A stretch of DNA of 64,000 nt from Candidatus Latescibacterota bacterium (GCA_965116875.1 OZ220733.1:3936001-4000000), one strand, 5' to 3'. Shown: positions 47,090 through 57,258, numbered from the stretch's first letter. Translations and numbers: made by a program. Notes: generated from the letters alone by a model not told the origin.

Positions 47090-49183
47090 TCAGCCGACGT
47101 CGATCACGAGATTGCCGTAGTTGTCGACGTTGACAGTACAACCGTGGGGAATGAGCGTCGTGGAGTCGATTTCCTCGACGATGGCGGGGCCGGGGAAGCG
47201 GTTGTTCGCCTCCAGGCGATACCGGTCGTAGATCGCCGTGGGCGCCCGACCGTCGTGACCCGGCATGCGGACGCCGCGTTCCGCCTTCAGGCCAGCCTGC
47301 GCGGACGGCCCGCCTTCCGGAACCTGCCGCCGGCTGGGACGGGGGACGGCCCCTACGGCGGAGAGACGGACATTGACCACCTCCGTGGGTTCATCCCGCG
47401 TCGCAAACCCGTACTGGCGCCGGTGCGCCGAGAAGAAAGCGGCGTTCAGTGTACCGGGGAGGTCGTCCGACAGGCGTCCGACCGGAACCCGAAGCTCGTA
47501 GGACTGGCCCGTATATCGCATGTCCGCCTCCCGAACGAACCGGATGTCCGAGGGGGAGACGCCCTCACTCAACAGCAGCCGGGTCGCATTCTCTTCGAAT
47601 TCGCGGTAGACGTCCGACAGGGAAGCAACGTCCAGATCGTCTGTCCCTGAAATAAAGGTGCGGACGTAGTCGTGGCGAAGATCGGTAACCAGCAAACCCA
47701 GCGCCGTCGTCACGCCGGGGCTTGGCGGCACGAGGACGGTGCCGATATGCAGCGCCCTCGCGAGGGCGGCGGCATGGAGGGGACCGGCGCCGCCGAAAGC
47801 GACGAGTACGAACGCGCGCGGGTCCACGCCCTTCTGGACGGAAACGAGCTGAAGGATGCCGGTCATGTTGGCGTTGGCGATTTCAATCAGCCCGGCGGCC
47901 GCTTCTTCAACGGGAAGATCCAGGGTCCTGGCGATGCGCCGTTCGATCGCCTGTTTCGCGAGAGCCGTGTCAAGGCGGAGTTCGCCGCCCAGGAAATAGT
48001 CGGGATTGAGCCGGCCCAGAACCAGGTTTGCGTCCGTCAACGTGGGTTCCGAACCCCCTTTTCCGTAGCATGCGGGGCCCGGCGCGGCGCCCGCGGATTG
48101 CGGGCCGACGGCGAGGGCCCCGCCCGGATCGACGTGGCCGATGCTGCCGCCGCCGGAACCGATTTCAACCAGGTCGATGACAGGCGTTTTTACCGGATAT
48201 CCCTGACCCTTGTCCCGGGTGGTGGTTGCGACCGCGGCGTCGCCAACCTCGAACTCGGCGGCAAGACGCGGCCGGCCGTTTTCGATGAGGGCGGCCTTCG
48301 CGGTGGTGCCTCCGATGTCCAGGGCGATCAGGTTATCGAAACCCGCCGACTGGCCGACGTAGGACGCGGCGATGACGCCGGCCGCGGGGCCGGACTCGAT
48401 GAGTTGTACGGGCTGCTGTCTGGCCGTGCCGGAGGCAATGATGCCGCCGCCCGAGGTCATCAGGAACAGGCCGGAGCCGGGATTCACGCTTCCGAGCCGT
48501 TCCTCCAGCCGTTCCACGTACGCGCCCACCGCGGGCAGTAGCGCGGCGTTCACGGCGGTCGTGCTGGCGCGGGTATATTCGCGGTACTCGGGACAGATGT
48601 CGGAGGAAATACATACGGGCAGGTCGGGGCAGACTTCCCGGATGATCTCGGCGGCCCGCCGTTCGTGGGTCGGGTCCTTGTATGCGTGCAGGAAGCAGAC
48701 GAGAAGCGCTTCGACCCGGTCCCCGGCCAGTTGACGTGCTGCGCGATACACGGCGGGTTCATCCAGCGGAACGAGCACCCCCCCGTCTGCGTCGATGCGT
48801 TCGGGCACGCCGATGCAGAGGTGTCGCGGCACGAGCGGGGGCGGCTTGTCGTAATTCAGATCGTAGAGGTTGGGGCGGATCTGCCAGGCGATTTCAAAGA
48901 GATCGCTGAAACCTTCGGAGGCGATCAGGCCGATCCGCGCGCCTTTTTGCTGGATGATCGTGTTGGTCGCCACCGTGGTGCCGTGGACCACGAAGCGGAC
49001 CGGATCGGATGTGAGACCCCGGTTGGCGAGGCCCCGGGTATACGCCTCCATGAAAGCCAGCGAGGGATCGTCCGGGGTGGACGAGACCTTGACGGGATGG
49101 AAGTCGCCGGATTCTTCGTCCATCACCACAGCATCGGTGAACGTGCCCCCGATGTCGATTCCGACGCGGTATGATTCGCTCAT
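47090..49183 (-). CDS. Hydantoinase/oxoprolinase subunit A (second copy)
   Basis: DIGGTFTD, HGTTVATN, EYREYTR, ESGPAAG, DIGGTT, GSGGGS, PGPACYG, PTLTDAN, AFGGAGP. Overlaps subunit B by 4 nt. Confidence 0.95.
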   Translation of the reverse strand: MSESYRVGIDIGGTFTDAVVMDEESGDFHPVKVSSTPDDPSLAFMEAYTRGLANRGLTSDPVRFVVHGTTVATNTIIQQKGARIGLIASEGFSDLFEIAWQIRPNLYDLNYDKPPPLVPRHLCIGVPERIDADGGVLVPLDEPAVYRAARQLAGDRVEALLVCFLHAYKDPTHERRAAEIIREVCPDLPVCISSDICPEYREYTRASTTAVNAALLPAVGAYVERLEERLGSVNPGSGLFLMTSGGGIIASGTARQQPVQLIESGPAAGVIAASYVGQSAGFDNLIALDIGGTTAKAALIENGRPRLAAEFEVGDAAVATTTRDKGQGYPVKTPVIDLVEIGSGGGSIGHVDPGGALAVGPQSAGAAPGPACYGKGGSEPTLTDANLVLGRLNPDYFLGGELRLDTALAKQAIERRIARTLDLPVEEAAAGLIEIANANMTGILQLVSVQKGVDPRAFVLVAFGGAGPLHAAALARALHIGTVLVPPSPGVTTALGLLVTDLRHDYVRTFISGTDDLDVASLSDVYREFEENATRLLLSEGVSPSDIRFVREADMRYTGQSYELRVPVGRLSDDLPGTLNAAFFSAHRRQYGFATRDEPTEVVNVRLSAVGAVPRPSRRQVPEGGPSAQAGLKAERGVRMPGHDGRAPTAIYDRYRLEANNRFPGPAIVEEIDSTTLIPHGCTVNVDNYGNLVIDVG

Positions 49184-50934
49184 CGAATCCCACCCTCCTG
49201 GAATTGTTGGCGCAGCGTCCTGGTTCCCTCTTCGTCTACGGTCCAGTCTTTTGAATCGTAAGCCACACCGTAGGTCTCGCGGGCGGCGCAAGGTGTAATC
49301 TTCCGGTCGCGAACGTCCCGCACCACGGCCTCCGGGTCGCGTTCCCGCGGGCGGCCGTAGCCCCCTCCGCCGGGCGTCTGCACGCTCACGCGGCCGCCTT
49401 TGGGAACCGTGATGCTGGTCTTTGACGGCAACGCTTCAGCCGCGCCCTCGGGATCCCGGATGAACCGGGCGGGACGGCCTTCCCCGCCGCCGTCAAGCCC
49501 CCATGGAGGAAACCGCGTGCCGTCGGAGAGGACGGTAAACGTGGTATCGCAGTCGGGGAATTCAAAGTCCCTCCGGATGCCCAGGCCCCCGCGAAACCGT
49601 CCGTCGCCGCCGCTGTCGGTGATCAGGCCGTACCTGGCGAAGCGGATGGGATAGTTGATCTCCACCTCTTCGATCGGCGCGTTCTCCGTGTTGTGGATGG
49701 TCGTTTGAATGGCGTCCGGGCCGTCTTTGGCGGGGCGGGCCCCGTTGCCGCCGCCAACGGTTTCCATGTAGCAGTAATACGCTTTTTTTCGCGGGTCGTT
49801 GCCGGCAAACCCCAGGTTGCAGATAATGCCCTTGCCGCAGGCGGGGATTCTGTCCGGCAACACCTCGCGAAGGGAGGTCAGGGTGAGTTCGGCGGTGAGT
49901 TGCGCCAGTTCCCACGCGCCGACCACGGCGGCCGGCCACGTGGCGGTGAGCACGGTATTGTCGGGCCCAACCACTTCCAGACAGCGGTAGAGGCCGTCGT
50001 TGACCAGGATGCGCGGGTCGATCAGGCTCTTGACGACCACCGCGATGGCCGCGAGCGTATTGGAACGGGTGGCGTTCAACGGGCCGGTCTGCTGCGGCGA
50101 GGATCCGGTAACGTCCAGCGTGGCGTTTCCATCGCGGATTCGGACCGTGACGGCAATCCTGACCGGTTCATCGTCGAATCCGTTGCCGTCGCGGTATCCT
50201 TCTGCTTTGAACACACCATCCGGCAGCGCGGCGATTTCGCGGCGCGCCCACCGTTCAGTGTAATCGAGCAGTTCATCGAAAAAAGCCTCGAGCTGACCGA
50301 TTTCATAACGGTCGATCAGTTCGGCGATGCGCCGTGCGCCAACGAGATTTGCGCCCATCTGGGCGCGAAGGTCGCCACCGGTTTCGTGGGGGGCGCGCAC
50401 GTTCTGCAGAATGAGGCCCAGTACGTTCTCGTCGATCTCACCGTTCCGCATGATTTTCGTGGGGGGTATGATGATGCCTTCCTGGTAGATCTCCCGGTTT
50501 ACGCCCAGGCTGCACGGCGTGCTGCCCCCCACGTCGACGTGGTGGGCCATGTTGGCGAGGTACCCGAGCCGGGTCTTTCCGGCGTCGACGGGCGCGATGA
50601 GGGCGATGTCGTTGAGGTGACTGCTTCCGCGATGCGGATCGTTCAGGATGAGGCCGTCTCCGGGCGCGAGATTCCCGGCTCCGTACTCCCGCAGTGCGTT
50701 GGGAATCGCAGTCTTCATGGAAGAGAGATGGGGCGGCTGTGAGAAGGACTGCGCGACCACACGGAAGGAAGCGTCGAAGAAGGCGCAGGAGAAATCCGCC
50801 CGGGTCTTGATATTGGTGGAGTATGCCGTGCGGCGTATGGTATACGCCATCTCTTCCGTGGCGTTGAGCAGCGCGTTCTTCATCACTTCGAAGGTGATGG
50901 GGTCCATGGTGAGGTGAGATGGCTGATCGGCCAT
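49180..50934 (-). CDS. Hydantoinase B/oxoprolinase subunit (second copy)
   Basis: DPITFEV, RTAYSTNIK..ADFS, NDPHRGSSHLND, HHVDVGG, EIYQEG, SGGDGRFRGG, TPGGGGYG. Confidence 0.95.
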   Translation of the reverse strand: MADQPSHLTMDPITFEVMKNALLNATEEMAYTIRRTAYSTNIKTRADFSCAFFDASFRVVAQSFSQPPHLSSMKTAIPNALREYGAGNLAPGDGLILNDPHRGSSHLNDIALIAPVDAGKTRLGYLANMAHHVDVGGSTPCSLGVNREIYQEGIIIPPTKIMRNGEIDENVLGLILQNVRAPHETGGDLRAQMGANLVGARRIAELIDRYEIGQLEAFFDELLDYTERWARREIAALPDGVFKAEGYRDGNGFDDEPVRIAVTVRIRDGNATLDVTGSSPQQTGPLNATRSNTLAAIAVVVKSLIDPRILVNDGLYRCLEVVGPDNTVLTATWPAAVVGAWELAQLTAELTLTSLREVLPDRIPACGKGIICNLGFAGNDPRKKAYYCYMETVGGGNGARPAKDGPDAIQTTIHNTENAPIEEVEINYPIRFARYGLITDSGGDGRFRGGLGIRRDFEFPDCDTTFTVLSDGTRFPPWGLDGGGEGRPARFIRDPEGAAEALPSKTSITVPKGGRVSVQTPGGGGYGRPRERDPEAVVRDVRDRKITPCAARETYGVAYDSKDWTVDEEGTRTLRQQFQEGGIR

Positions 50935-51080
50935 GTCCTGTCCCTCTGATTTGCTTCCGCGGGAAGGAAGCAAGGTGAAGTTTTCGAGACGTGTTACCGG
51001 TGATGCGGCGCCGGCGCGGCTGGAGATTGAGTTTCACTCGCGGATTCACGCCTGAACGCTCTGCCAGCCGGCACAGCTTG

Positions 51081-54000
51081 TCACGCGCGCGACCGCGGTC
51101 CGCCGTCGGGGGCGTCGGCTCCCCGTTGCCAGTGACCCCAACCGAAGATTCGGAATCGGTCCACGCCCGGGTGCAGCGCTGAAAGGGCGATCTCGTCGCC
51201 CGCGGACAAGTCTTGCCCGTCGTGAAGCTTCAGGCCGTGTCGGGTACGGATGCGGGTGTCCCGTTCGTCCACGATGTCCTCGGAGACCAGGCCGTCCAAA
51301 CGCTGGAGAAAGGCAAGGCTTCGATCCGACACTGTCTTGAAGACGTTAAGGTTGTTTTCCTTGCCCTGGATCACCGGGGGAGGCTCCACCCAGGCGCACC
51401 CGTCTTCCACCGCGGTGACAACCAGATAACCCGTCGCCAGGTGGGGAAAGCCGTCCAGATGCAGGACAAACCCGTCGTCGGTATTCCTTCTGACGGAAGC
51501 GATGGTATAGGCGGAGGCGCGTTCGCGATGGCGAATGGTAACGGTTTTGCTCAATAGGGCATCGGGACAGGCAATATCGACGTCGGGTCGAATCGTCAAC
51601 GTTTTCCCGACGTCGTCGAATCCGGTCAGCAGTCCCTCGACCGTAGGGAAGGGTTCGATCCTGCGGCCGCCGGCGCCGGCGAAGGTGCCGCCGATAAGTG
51701 CGAGCGTACGCAGACCATCTGCATCGAATGACGCGAACGCGAATTCTCCGTCGCTGCGCAGTCTGCGGCCGTTACCGGCGATTTCACGCGTTGCGCCGGA
51801 CGAATTGCTCAGGATCAGATCCGTTGATCCGTTGCGCGTTACCAGTATACCGGCGCCCTCCGGGTGGTTGCATGGCAGGTGTCTGACCTGTTCGATGAAC
51901 GGGTCCCTGCGGTACGGTTCGTGGACGGCCAGAAACGTGTTTGGGCGGCGACGGTTCCTGCGGCGGACGGTGACCACCTTCATCTGATCTCCCATGTCCC
52001 GGTTGTCCAGCCAGCGCTGCGCGGGGCCGGTGCCCGCAATGATCTCGGTTCCGGGCGTGTCGAGCATGTGAAGCTTCAGGAAGGCTTCCGGATCGATCTC
52101 GGGAGAACCGTCCGGGTTCGGATATTCGGTAACGTCACCCCATGTAGCGGTCCACGGCCCGGTGCTCTGGCCGGTGCTGAGACGGGTAACGCGCTGGGTG
52201 CCCCACCTGGCGCCGGCCCGGGGCGTGCGACGTGCGGGCGTGAAAGTAAAGCCGCTGTAATCGTAGAGTGATTCCGCCGGGTCGGTCCGATCGTCGAGCC
52301 TGACGCCTTCGACGGAAAAACGATGCCCGTTGCCGTGGAACGTCCAGTCGTGTATGTGCCCGCCCCCGACCCGGAAGACGTCGACAACGTAGGCGTTCCG
52401 TGAGTCGCAGTCAATGAGAGCGACCGTGCGCTGATAACGGCCTGTCCCCGGCACTTTGGCGAGTTCGTCTGCGTCCTCCTCGGCGGCATCCACCGCTTTG
52501 AGGCCGGGTAGATCGAAAAAGAAACGGAGGTCCCCACGCAGGTTGTCGGTACCCATCGGGTCGCCGTCACGGGTGCGGATGGCCACGGAATTGTGGGCGG
52601 GAAAGGTCTTGATCCAGTCAACCGTCATAAAGTGGGTAGATCCCATGTATCCGAGGTCGGTTGCCATCTCGTGACCCACGGCGAAGAGTGTGAGGTTGAG
52701 CGGCGCCATGTGGTAATGGCCGACACGTTCCGTGTAATCGAGGGAGACCATGCGGGAATGGTCACCCTCTCCGCTGCGGAGGACGGCCTTGCGGTTCTGG
52801 CCCAGAAGGTGGGACGGAAGCGGCATGGGGAGTTTCAGAGAGACAACGGGATCGCCCGTGGGGTCGATGTTCAGATAATTCCGGTAGGCATCCGGTATAC
52901 CGCCGCCGAGAGTTTCAGCCAGCGCGAGCTGTTCAACGGGCATTGCGGCTGAGATCACAGAGTCTTCCCAGGCAATGGGTCGACCGTCGGGGAAGCCCGT
53001 TTTGAGGTATTGACCAAGACCGTGCTTGAATACGGGCATGGAAAAAAGGTTGATCCCGTTTCGCTCGCCGTCGTAATAGGGGGCGGCCCGATCGAATGCG
53101 CCCTGCTGCCCGTGGCAGGCGGCCATTACGCTTGAGATGCCCCAACTGGTGTAGGACGGAGAGCCCTCCTTGCCCAGACCGTCACCGGTGAAGAAATTAT
53201 GCAGAAAGTAGGCAATGTCCCTGGCCACGTTTTCGATGATCCGTTCGTCGCCGACAATGCGCCCCAGTTGCAGCCTGGGCATCTGCGTGGAACTGGAAAG
53301 GTTGTCCGCCCCTGAGACGAGCGCGTAAGGGTGCAGTGTATATTCCAGAATACCGCGTTTGAGTATTCCGCCGGAGGCCTGCAATTTCAGGGAATCGCCT
53401 TCGGCGGACGTCAGGATGCGCAGTGCGGCCGTTTTCAGGTCGGACTCGGGGTCGTCGAATGATTCGGCAATCAGGCTGTACCCCACCAGGAGATCCTGGC
53501 CCAGGCTGGCTTTCCAGTTCCACAGGCCGGGAAAAATGGAAGCGGCTCTCGTGCCGTACCGGTCTCCGGGTCCGTTCAAAGGGCGTTTCGGGTCGCCCTC
53601 AATATGATCGAATGGGGCGTAGAGGCGGTATCCGGGATAGATCCTGGCAGGTGCGTCATTCTCGTAAAAATCAGCGAGACGTGCTTGCAGACTCGTTTCG
53701 GACGTGCCCAGAAGTGCGGCAAGATAGGCGTCACCCAGGAAGGCTCTGGAAAGCGTAACCAGCAGGACCCGGCCTTTGCGCGCGTGTCTTTCCGCCGTAT
53801 CGGAGTCCGACCTCAGCCTTGCGGCGTGGAAGGCTTCACCCAGACGATGGAGGACGTTACCGGATAGCTCCCGCAGAGAATTCATCCAGCAGAGGGCTTT
53901 GAAATAAAAAGCGTTGGTGGGTTCGACGTAACCGTGGGCTTCTCCGTCCCAATGGTCCCAGGGGATGCCGTCGTGCGCCAGGCTCCAGGCCTCGTCGTGG

Positions 54001-54431
54001 TCCTCGCGCCACACATCGTTGGTGGGAAAGCAGCCGTCCCCGTCGTCCGGGTACCGGGGGTTGGGATAGGCAGGGTATTCACGGCCGTCCCTCCTGCAGT
54101 ACGGGCAGTAGAGGTGCCAGGGATCGTCGAGGGACCAGTCGAAGTAGCTGTAATACCGTACACGGAACGGATGGATGGGACATGCGCAGGTATAGATGCC
54201 GCGAGGCTCACGATGCCAGATGGTATCCAGGTACCAGGCATCGGACTTGCCGGACCATTTTTCGGCCAGGGCAAGTGACCTGTCAGCCCACGATCGGACC
54301 TCCTCGTCTCCGGCCGCGTACCGGCTGCGGATCTCTTCGATGGTACGCGTGCCGATCCAGACGTGGGGCCGGTCGGGAAACGCGACAACCCGGTGCCCCT
54401 TGGCTTCCGGTGGCGTCCAGGAAGGACTCAC
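51081..54431 (-). CDS. Heparinase II/III-like large protein
   Basis: Alpha-helical N-half with DGLGKEGSPSY; C-half with GHYHMAPLNL...DLGY...W.K..AHNSV, YQRTVAL, YVVDVFRVGGG.IHDW.FH, typical of this family. Confidence 0.75.
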   Translation of the reverse strand: MSPSWTPPEAKGHRVVAFPDRPHVWIGTRTIEEIRSRYAAGDEEVRSWADRSLALAEKWSGKSDAWYLDTIWHREPRGIYTCACPIHPFRVRYYSYFDWSLDDPWHLYCPYCRRDGREYPAYPNPRYPDDGDGCFPTNDVWREDHDEAWSLAHDGIPWDHWDGEAHGYVEPTNAFYFKALCWMNSLRELSGNVLHRLGEAFHAARLRSDSDTAERHARKGRVLLVTLSRAFLGDAYLAALLGTSETSLQARLADFYENDAPARIYPGYRLYAPFDHIEGDPKRPLNGPGDRYGTRAASIFPGLWNWKASLGQDLLVGYSLIAESFDDPESDLKTAALRILTSAEGDSLKLQASGGILKRGILEYTLHPYALVSGADNLSSSTQMPRLQLGRIVGDERIIENVARDIAYFLHNFFTGDGLGKEGSPSYTSWGISSVMAACHGQQGAFDRAAPYYDGERNGINLFSMPVFKHGLGQYLKTGFPDGRPIAWEDSVISAAMPVEQLALAETLGGGIPDAYRNYLNIDPTGDPVVSLKLPMPLPSHLLGQNRKAVLRSGEGDHSRMVSLDYTERVGHYHMAPLNLTLFAVGHEMATDLGYMGSTHFMTVDWIKTFPAHNSVAIRTRDGDPMGTDNLRGDLRFFFDLPGLKAVDAAEEDADELAKVPGTGRYQRTVALIDCDSRNAYVVDVFRVGGGHIHDWTFHGNGHRFSVEGVRLDDRTDPAESLYDYSGFTFTPARRTPRAGARWGTQRVTRLSTGQSTGPWTATWGDVTEYPNPDGSPEIDPEAFLKLHMLDTPGTEIIAGTGPAQRWLDNRDMGDQMKVVTVRRRNRRRPNTFLAVHEPYRRDPFIEQVRHLPCNHPEGAGILVTRNGSTDLILSNSSGATREIAGNGRRLRSDGEFAFASFDADGLRTLALIGGTFAGAGGRRIEPFPTVEGLLTGFDDVGKTLTIRPDVDIACPDALLSKTVTIRHRERASAYTIASVRRNTDDGFVLHLDGFPHLATGYLVVTAVEDGCAWVEPPPVIQGKENNLNVFKTVSDRSLAFLQRLDGLVSEDIVDERDTRIRTRHGLKLHDGQDLSAGDEIALSALHPGVDRFRIFGWGHWQRGADAPDGGPRSRA

Positions 54432-54497
54432 TGGCAGTCAATCTCCATTCGAGTTTTCAGGAACGGCGTCGCGGACCCTCGGCCGTGCGCACCCAAC

Positions 54498-55793
54498 TCA
54501 GGTATCACCGTCCGCCGCGATTGCCGCGAGGCGCTCGCCGTGATTCGCTACCTTTGAAAAGGCCGCGGCAACCTGGTCCACCCACGCCGGGCTGGGGTCG
54601 ACCGGCGTGGACAGCCAGAAACATGAATCATGGATGCGTTCGCTGACCGGCAGATCACCGCGGGAATATTGGATTCGGGTGTCAGGAGGAAGGTCGCCCC
54701 ACGGACCGCCCAGATCGTCGAACGGGAAATCGTTGAAGAGCGGCTCCAGGTGCATCGCGCCGTAGCCGAAGGGCGTAATCGCCGGCGTGGTGGGCACGCC
54801 CTCCGCCACGAGCGCTTTCAGGATGGCGGGTACCGGCGCGCCGATTTCCCGTGCATCGATCGTGCCGGTGTACAGGAGGAGTCCGCCCCGCACCGCCTCA
54901 GGGTAGGTCTCCTGCGGGTATATGCCCGGTACGGATTTCAACCGTCTGCTCAGCCGGTTGAACCAGGCGCGCCTCTTCTCGTTCAGTCCGGGCAGCCGTT
55001 CAAGCTGCGCCCGCGCCATGGCGAGGCCCAGCGGGTTCGCCCGGTACTTGATGCCCAGGCCCATGTTGCGAAGGTCCCGGAATCTGTCGGTGACAAACGC
55101 ATTCTCACATCTTCCGTAGTGTCCCAGGGCCAGCATCCGGTCGTAGAGGTCTTCGTCATCGGTCACGACAACGCCGGCTTCGATCCCGGTGACCGGCTTG
55201 CTCCCCTGCAGGCTGAAACAGCCGACGTGGCCGAGAGAGCCTACCGGCCTGCCGTTCCAGAGGGCGCCGTGCGCGTGCGATGCGTCTTCGATCAGCGTAA
55301 GTTCCGTTCCGTCTACGAGATCCCGGAAAGCGTCCATTTGTGCGGGGTTGCCGTATACGTGGGTTACGATGATCGCGCACGTGTTCTCCGTGATCCGGCT
55401 CTCGGCATCCCGGGGGTCCGCGCAGAAGGTACCTGGGTCCGCGTCGCAGAACACCGGCGTTGCGCCGCAGTGCAGAATCGGCGTGATGCTGGCGTGCCAC
55501 GTGACGGAGGGCACGATCACCTCCTTGCCGATGCGGGCGCCGGATGCGAAGACAGCGGAGTGCAGGGCCGACGTCCCGTTGCACGTGGCAATGGCGAACC
55601 TCGATCCGGTGAATGCGCGGAATTCTTCCTGAAAACCGTCGATCTGGGAATAGGAATCGCCCAAACCGCCTTCCAGCACGTTCATTACGGATTGTTTCTC
55701 CAGGTCGGTGACAGCTTTCCAGCCGTCACTCTGAGGTTCGGTCACGGCCCGTGGGCCGCCATCCAGCGCCAGGTCGGATTCAGGCATGACCAT
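54498..55793 (-). CDS. DegT/DnrJ/EryC1/StrS PLP aminotransferase
   Basis: LALDGG, CNGTSALH, EVIVPS.TW, THVYGNP, IEDASHAHG, FSLQGSK (PLP lysine), GIKYR. Confidence 0.93.
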   Translation of the reverse strand: MVMPESDLALDGGPRAVTEPQSDGWKAVTDLEKQSVMNVLEGGLGDSYSQIDGFQEEFRAFTGSRFAIATCNGTSALHSAVFASGARIGKEVIVPSVTWHASITPILHCGATPVFCDADPGTFCADPRDAESRITENTCAIIVTHVYGNPAQMDAFRDLVDGTELTLIEDASHAHGALWNGRPVGSLGHVGCFSLQGSKPVTGIEAGVVVTDDEDLYDRMLALGHYGRCENAFVTDRFRDLRNMGLGIKYRANPLGLAMARAQLERLPGLNEKRRAWFNRLSRRLKSVPGIYPQETYPEAVRGGLLLYTGTIDAREIGAPVPAILKALVAEGVPTTPAITPFGYGAMHLEPLFNDFPFDDLGGPWGDLPPDTRIQYSRGDLPVSERIHDSCFWLSTPVDPSPAWVDQVAAAFSKVANHGERLAAIAADGDT

Positions 55794-55935
55794 TCTTCTC
55801 CCGTAAATGCGGTCTCGTGAATCGCCGCGGTTCAATCGTGCGCGCCCCAATGAAACCCGTAGAGCGCTGTTCGCAGGAAACAGGCCGTCTGCGCCGGGTC
55901 TTCGTTATGAAGACGGCGGCGTTCAAACGCGTTGC

Positions 55936-55964
55936 AACATAGCATGTGCTGCGGGGATTGTCAA
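55936..55964 (-). promoter_or_regulatory. Putative sigma70 promoter for the minus-strand gene run
   Basis: Minus strand TTGACA (55964-55959), 17 nt spacer, TATGTT (55941-55936) with extended TG. Confidence 0.6.
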
Positions 55965-55987
55965 AGCGGAAGGCGACCCGTCGAGGC

Positions 55988-56016
55988 TTGACAGCCGTAC
56001 CGGTGTACGTTATATA
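55988..56016 (+). promoter_or_regulatory. Putative sigma70 promoter for rhodanese-MauE
   Basis: TTGACA (55988-55993), 17 nt spacer, TATATA. RBS GGAGG at 56039-56043. Confidence 0.5.
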
Positions 56017-56051
56017 TAGACCGTACGATTCATCCACGGGAGGCCGTTCTG

Positions 56052-56552
56052 ATGGTACGATTCCGTCTTGCATTTAGGGCGGTGGCTATTCTGCTGTTTG
56101 GATCGGTCGCGGGCCTTGGCTACAACGCCATGTCCGCTTCCGGCATTCCGCTTCAGACGCCCAAAGACGTGACGCAGGCCGAGCAAGTGAACTGGAGCCT
56201 GTACCTCGAGGGAATCCGGGCGAGTCTTGCCGACGCGAAAGCGGCTTACGACACCGGTTCCGCGTTATTTCTGGATGCACGCATGCCGCGCGCCTATGCC
56301 GCGGGACACATACCCGGTGCGGTGAACCTGACGCCGCACGAACTGAATCAGCACGGCAGGAAAAAGCTCCACGGTGTACCCCGGGACGCGCAGATCATCA
56401 CCTACTGCGGCGGAGCCCGGTGCCAGGCCAGCGTCAGGCTGGCGCACCTGCTCACGAACGGCTTCGGGTTCAGGCGCGTGCAGGCGTTCTTCGATGGGTG
56501 GAGTGCATGGGCAGGCGCGGGATATCCGGTGGCGAAGGGGGTGGACCCGTGA
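56052..56552 (+). CDS. Membrane-anchored rhodanese-like protein
   Basis: N-terminal TM helix, FLDAR..Y.AGHIPGA.N, IITYCGGARC..S, FDGWSAW..AGYP. Confidence 0.9.
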   Translation: MVRFRLAFRAVAILLFGSVAGLGYNAMSASGIPLQTPKDVTQAEQVNWSLYLEGIRASLADAKAAYDTGSALFLDARMPRAYAAGHIPGAVNLTPHELNQHGRKKLHGVPRDAQIITYCGGARCQASVRLAHLLTNGFGFRRVQAFFDGWSAWAGAGYPVAKGVDP

Positions 56553-57007
56553 ATCAGGTCCGGTACGGAATCCCGGTCGTCCTGCGGCTCGTGCTTGGCG
56601 GAGTGCTGATGTGGGCGGGTCTGGCCAAAGTGTCGGAGCCGGCGCTGTTTGCAATGACGGTCCGCGCGTATAACGTGCTACCGAATGCGTTCATCAACGG
56701 CTTCGCCGTTGTCGTGCCATGGATGGAAATCGCCGCTGGCGCATGCCTGCTGGCGGGTTTCTGGTCGAGGAGCGGCTCGCTTGCCGCTCTCGCGCTGCTA
56801 TCGTCGTTCGGCGTCGCCATCGCGGTGAACATCTTCAGAGGCGCGAATCTCGACTGCGGCTGCTTCGGTCTGGACGGCACACGCGGCTCGCTCCATGCGG
56901 CGCTGGTGCAGGACCTCCTGCTGATCGCGTGTTCGCTGATATTGTTGTTTGTGCGCAATATGCCGCTATCGCTGGATCGGTGTCTCTTCAGGACTGCCGA
57001 ACGGTAG
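56549..57007 (+). CDS. MauE/DoxX family redox-associated membrane protein
   Basis: RLVLGGV...AGLAK, PWMEI..G..LL.G, RGANLDCGCFG, QDLLL. GTG start overlapping the rhodanese stop (GTGA). Confidence 0.88.
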   Translation: MNQVRYGIPVVLRLVLGGVLMWAGLAKVSEPALFAMTVRAYNVLPNAFINGFAVVVPWMEIAAGACLLAGFWSRSGSLAALALLSSFGVAIAVNIFRGANLDCGCFGLDGTRGSLHAALVQDLLLIACSLILLFVRNMPLSLDRCLFRTAER

Positions 57008-57094
57008 CGGCGCGATTCGTTTCACTTCCATATTGTCTGTTTTGGCGTTTTCAGGAGCGGCGCCGTTTTGCTACGGTTCCGCCTTTCTGATTTA

Positions 57095-57258
57095 AGAAGC
57101 TGTTTTAAAATTCCCAGCGGTCTTCGCGCGGCTGCAAAAGCGCCGGTCGGCGTTGGTCAAATCCATCCGTATAGACAAATATGGGCGAATTTTCCCGCCT
57201 TGACCGCCACTTTTTCGCTCGCGCTCGGGAACTCGCCGGTAATTTTAAAACAGCTTCT
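57095..57258. mobile_element. MITE family B (about 164 bp)
   Basis: Perfect 18-bp TIR AGAAGCTGTTTTAAAATT (57095-57112) / AATTTTAAAACAGCTTCT (57241-57258). No coding signal inside. Confidence 0.75.

Noticed and set aside
56549-57007. MauE as evidence of methylamine dehydrogenase (mau) pathway
   Set aside because: No mauA, mauB, mauD or mauG; the MauE/DoxX domain is a generic redox membrane module.
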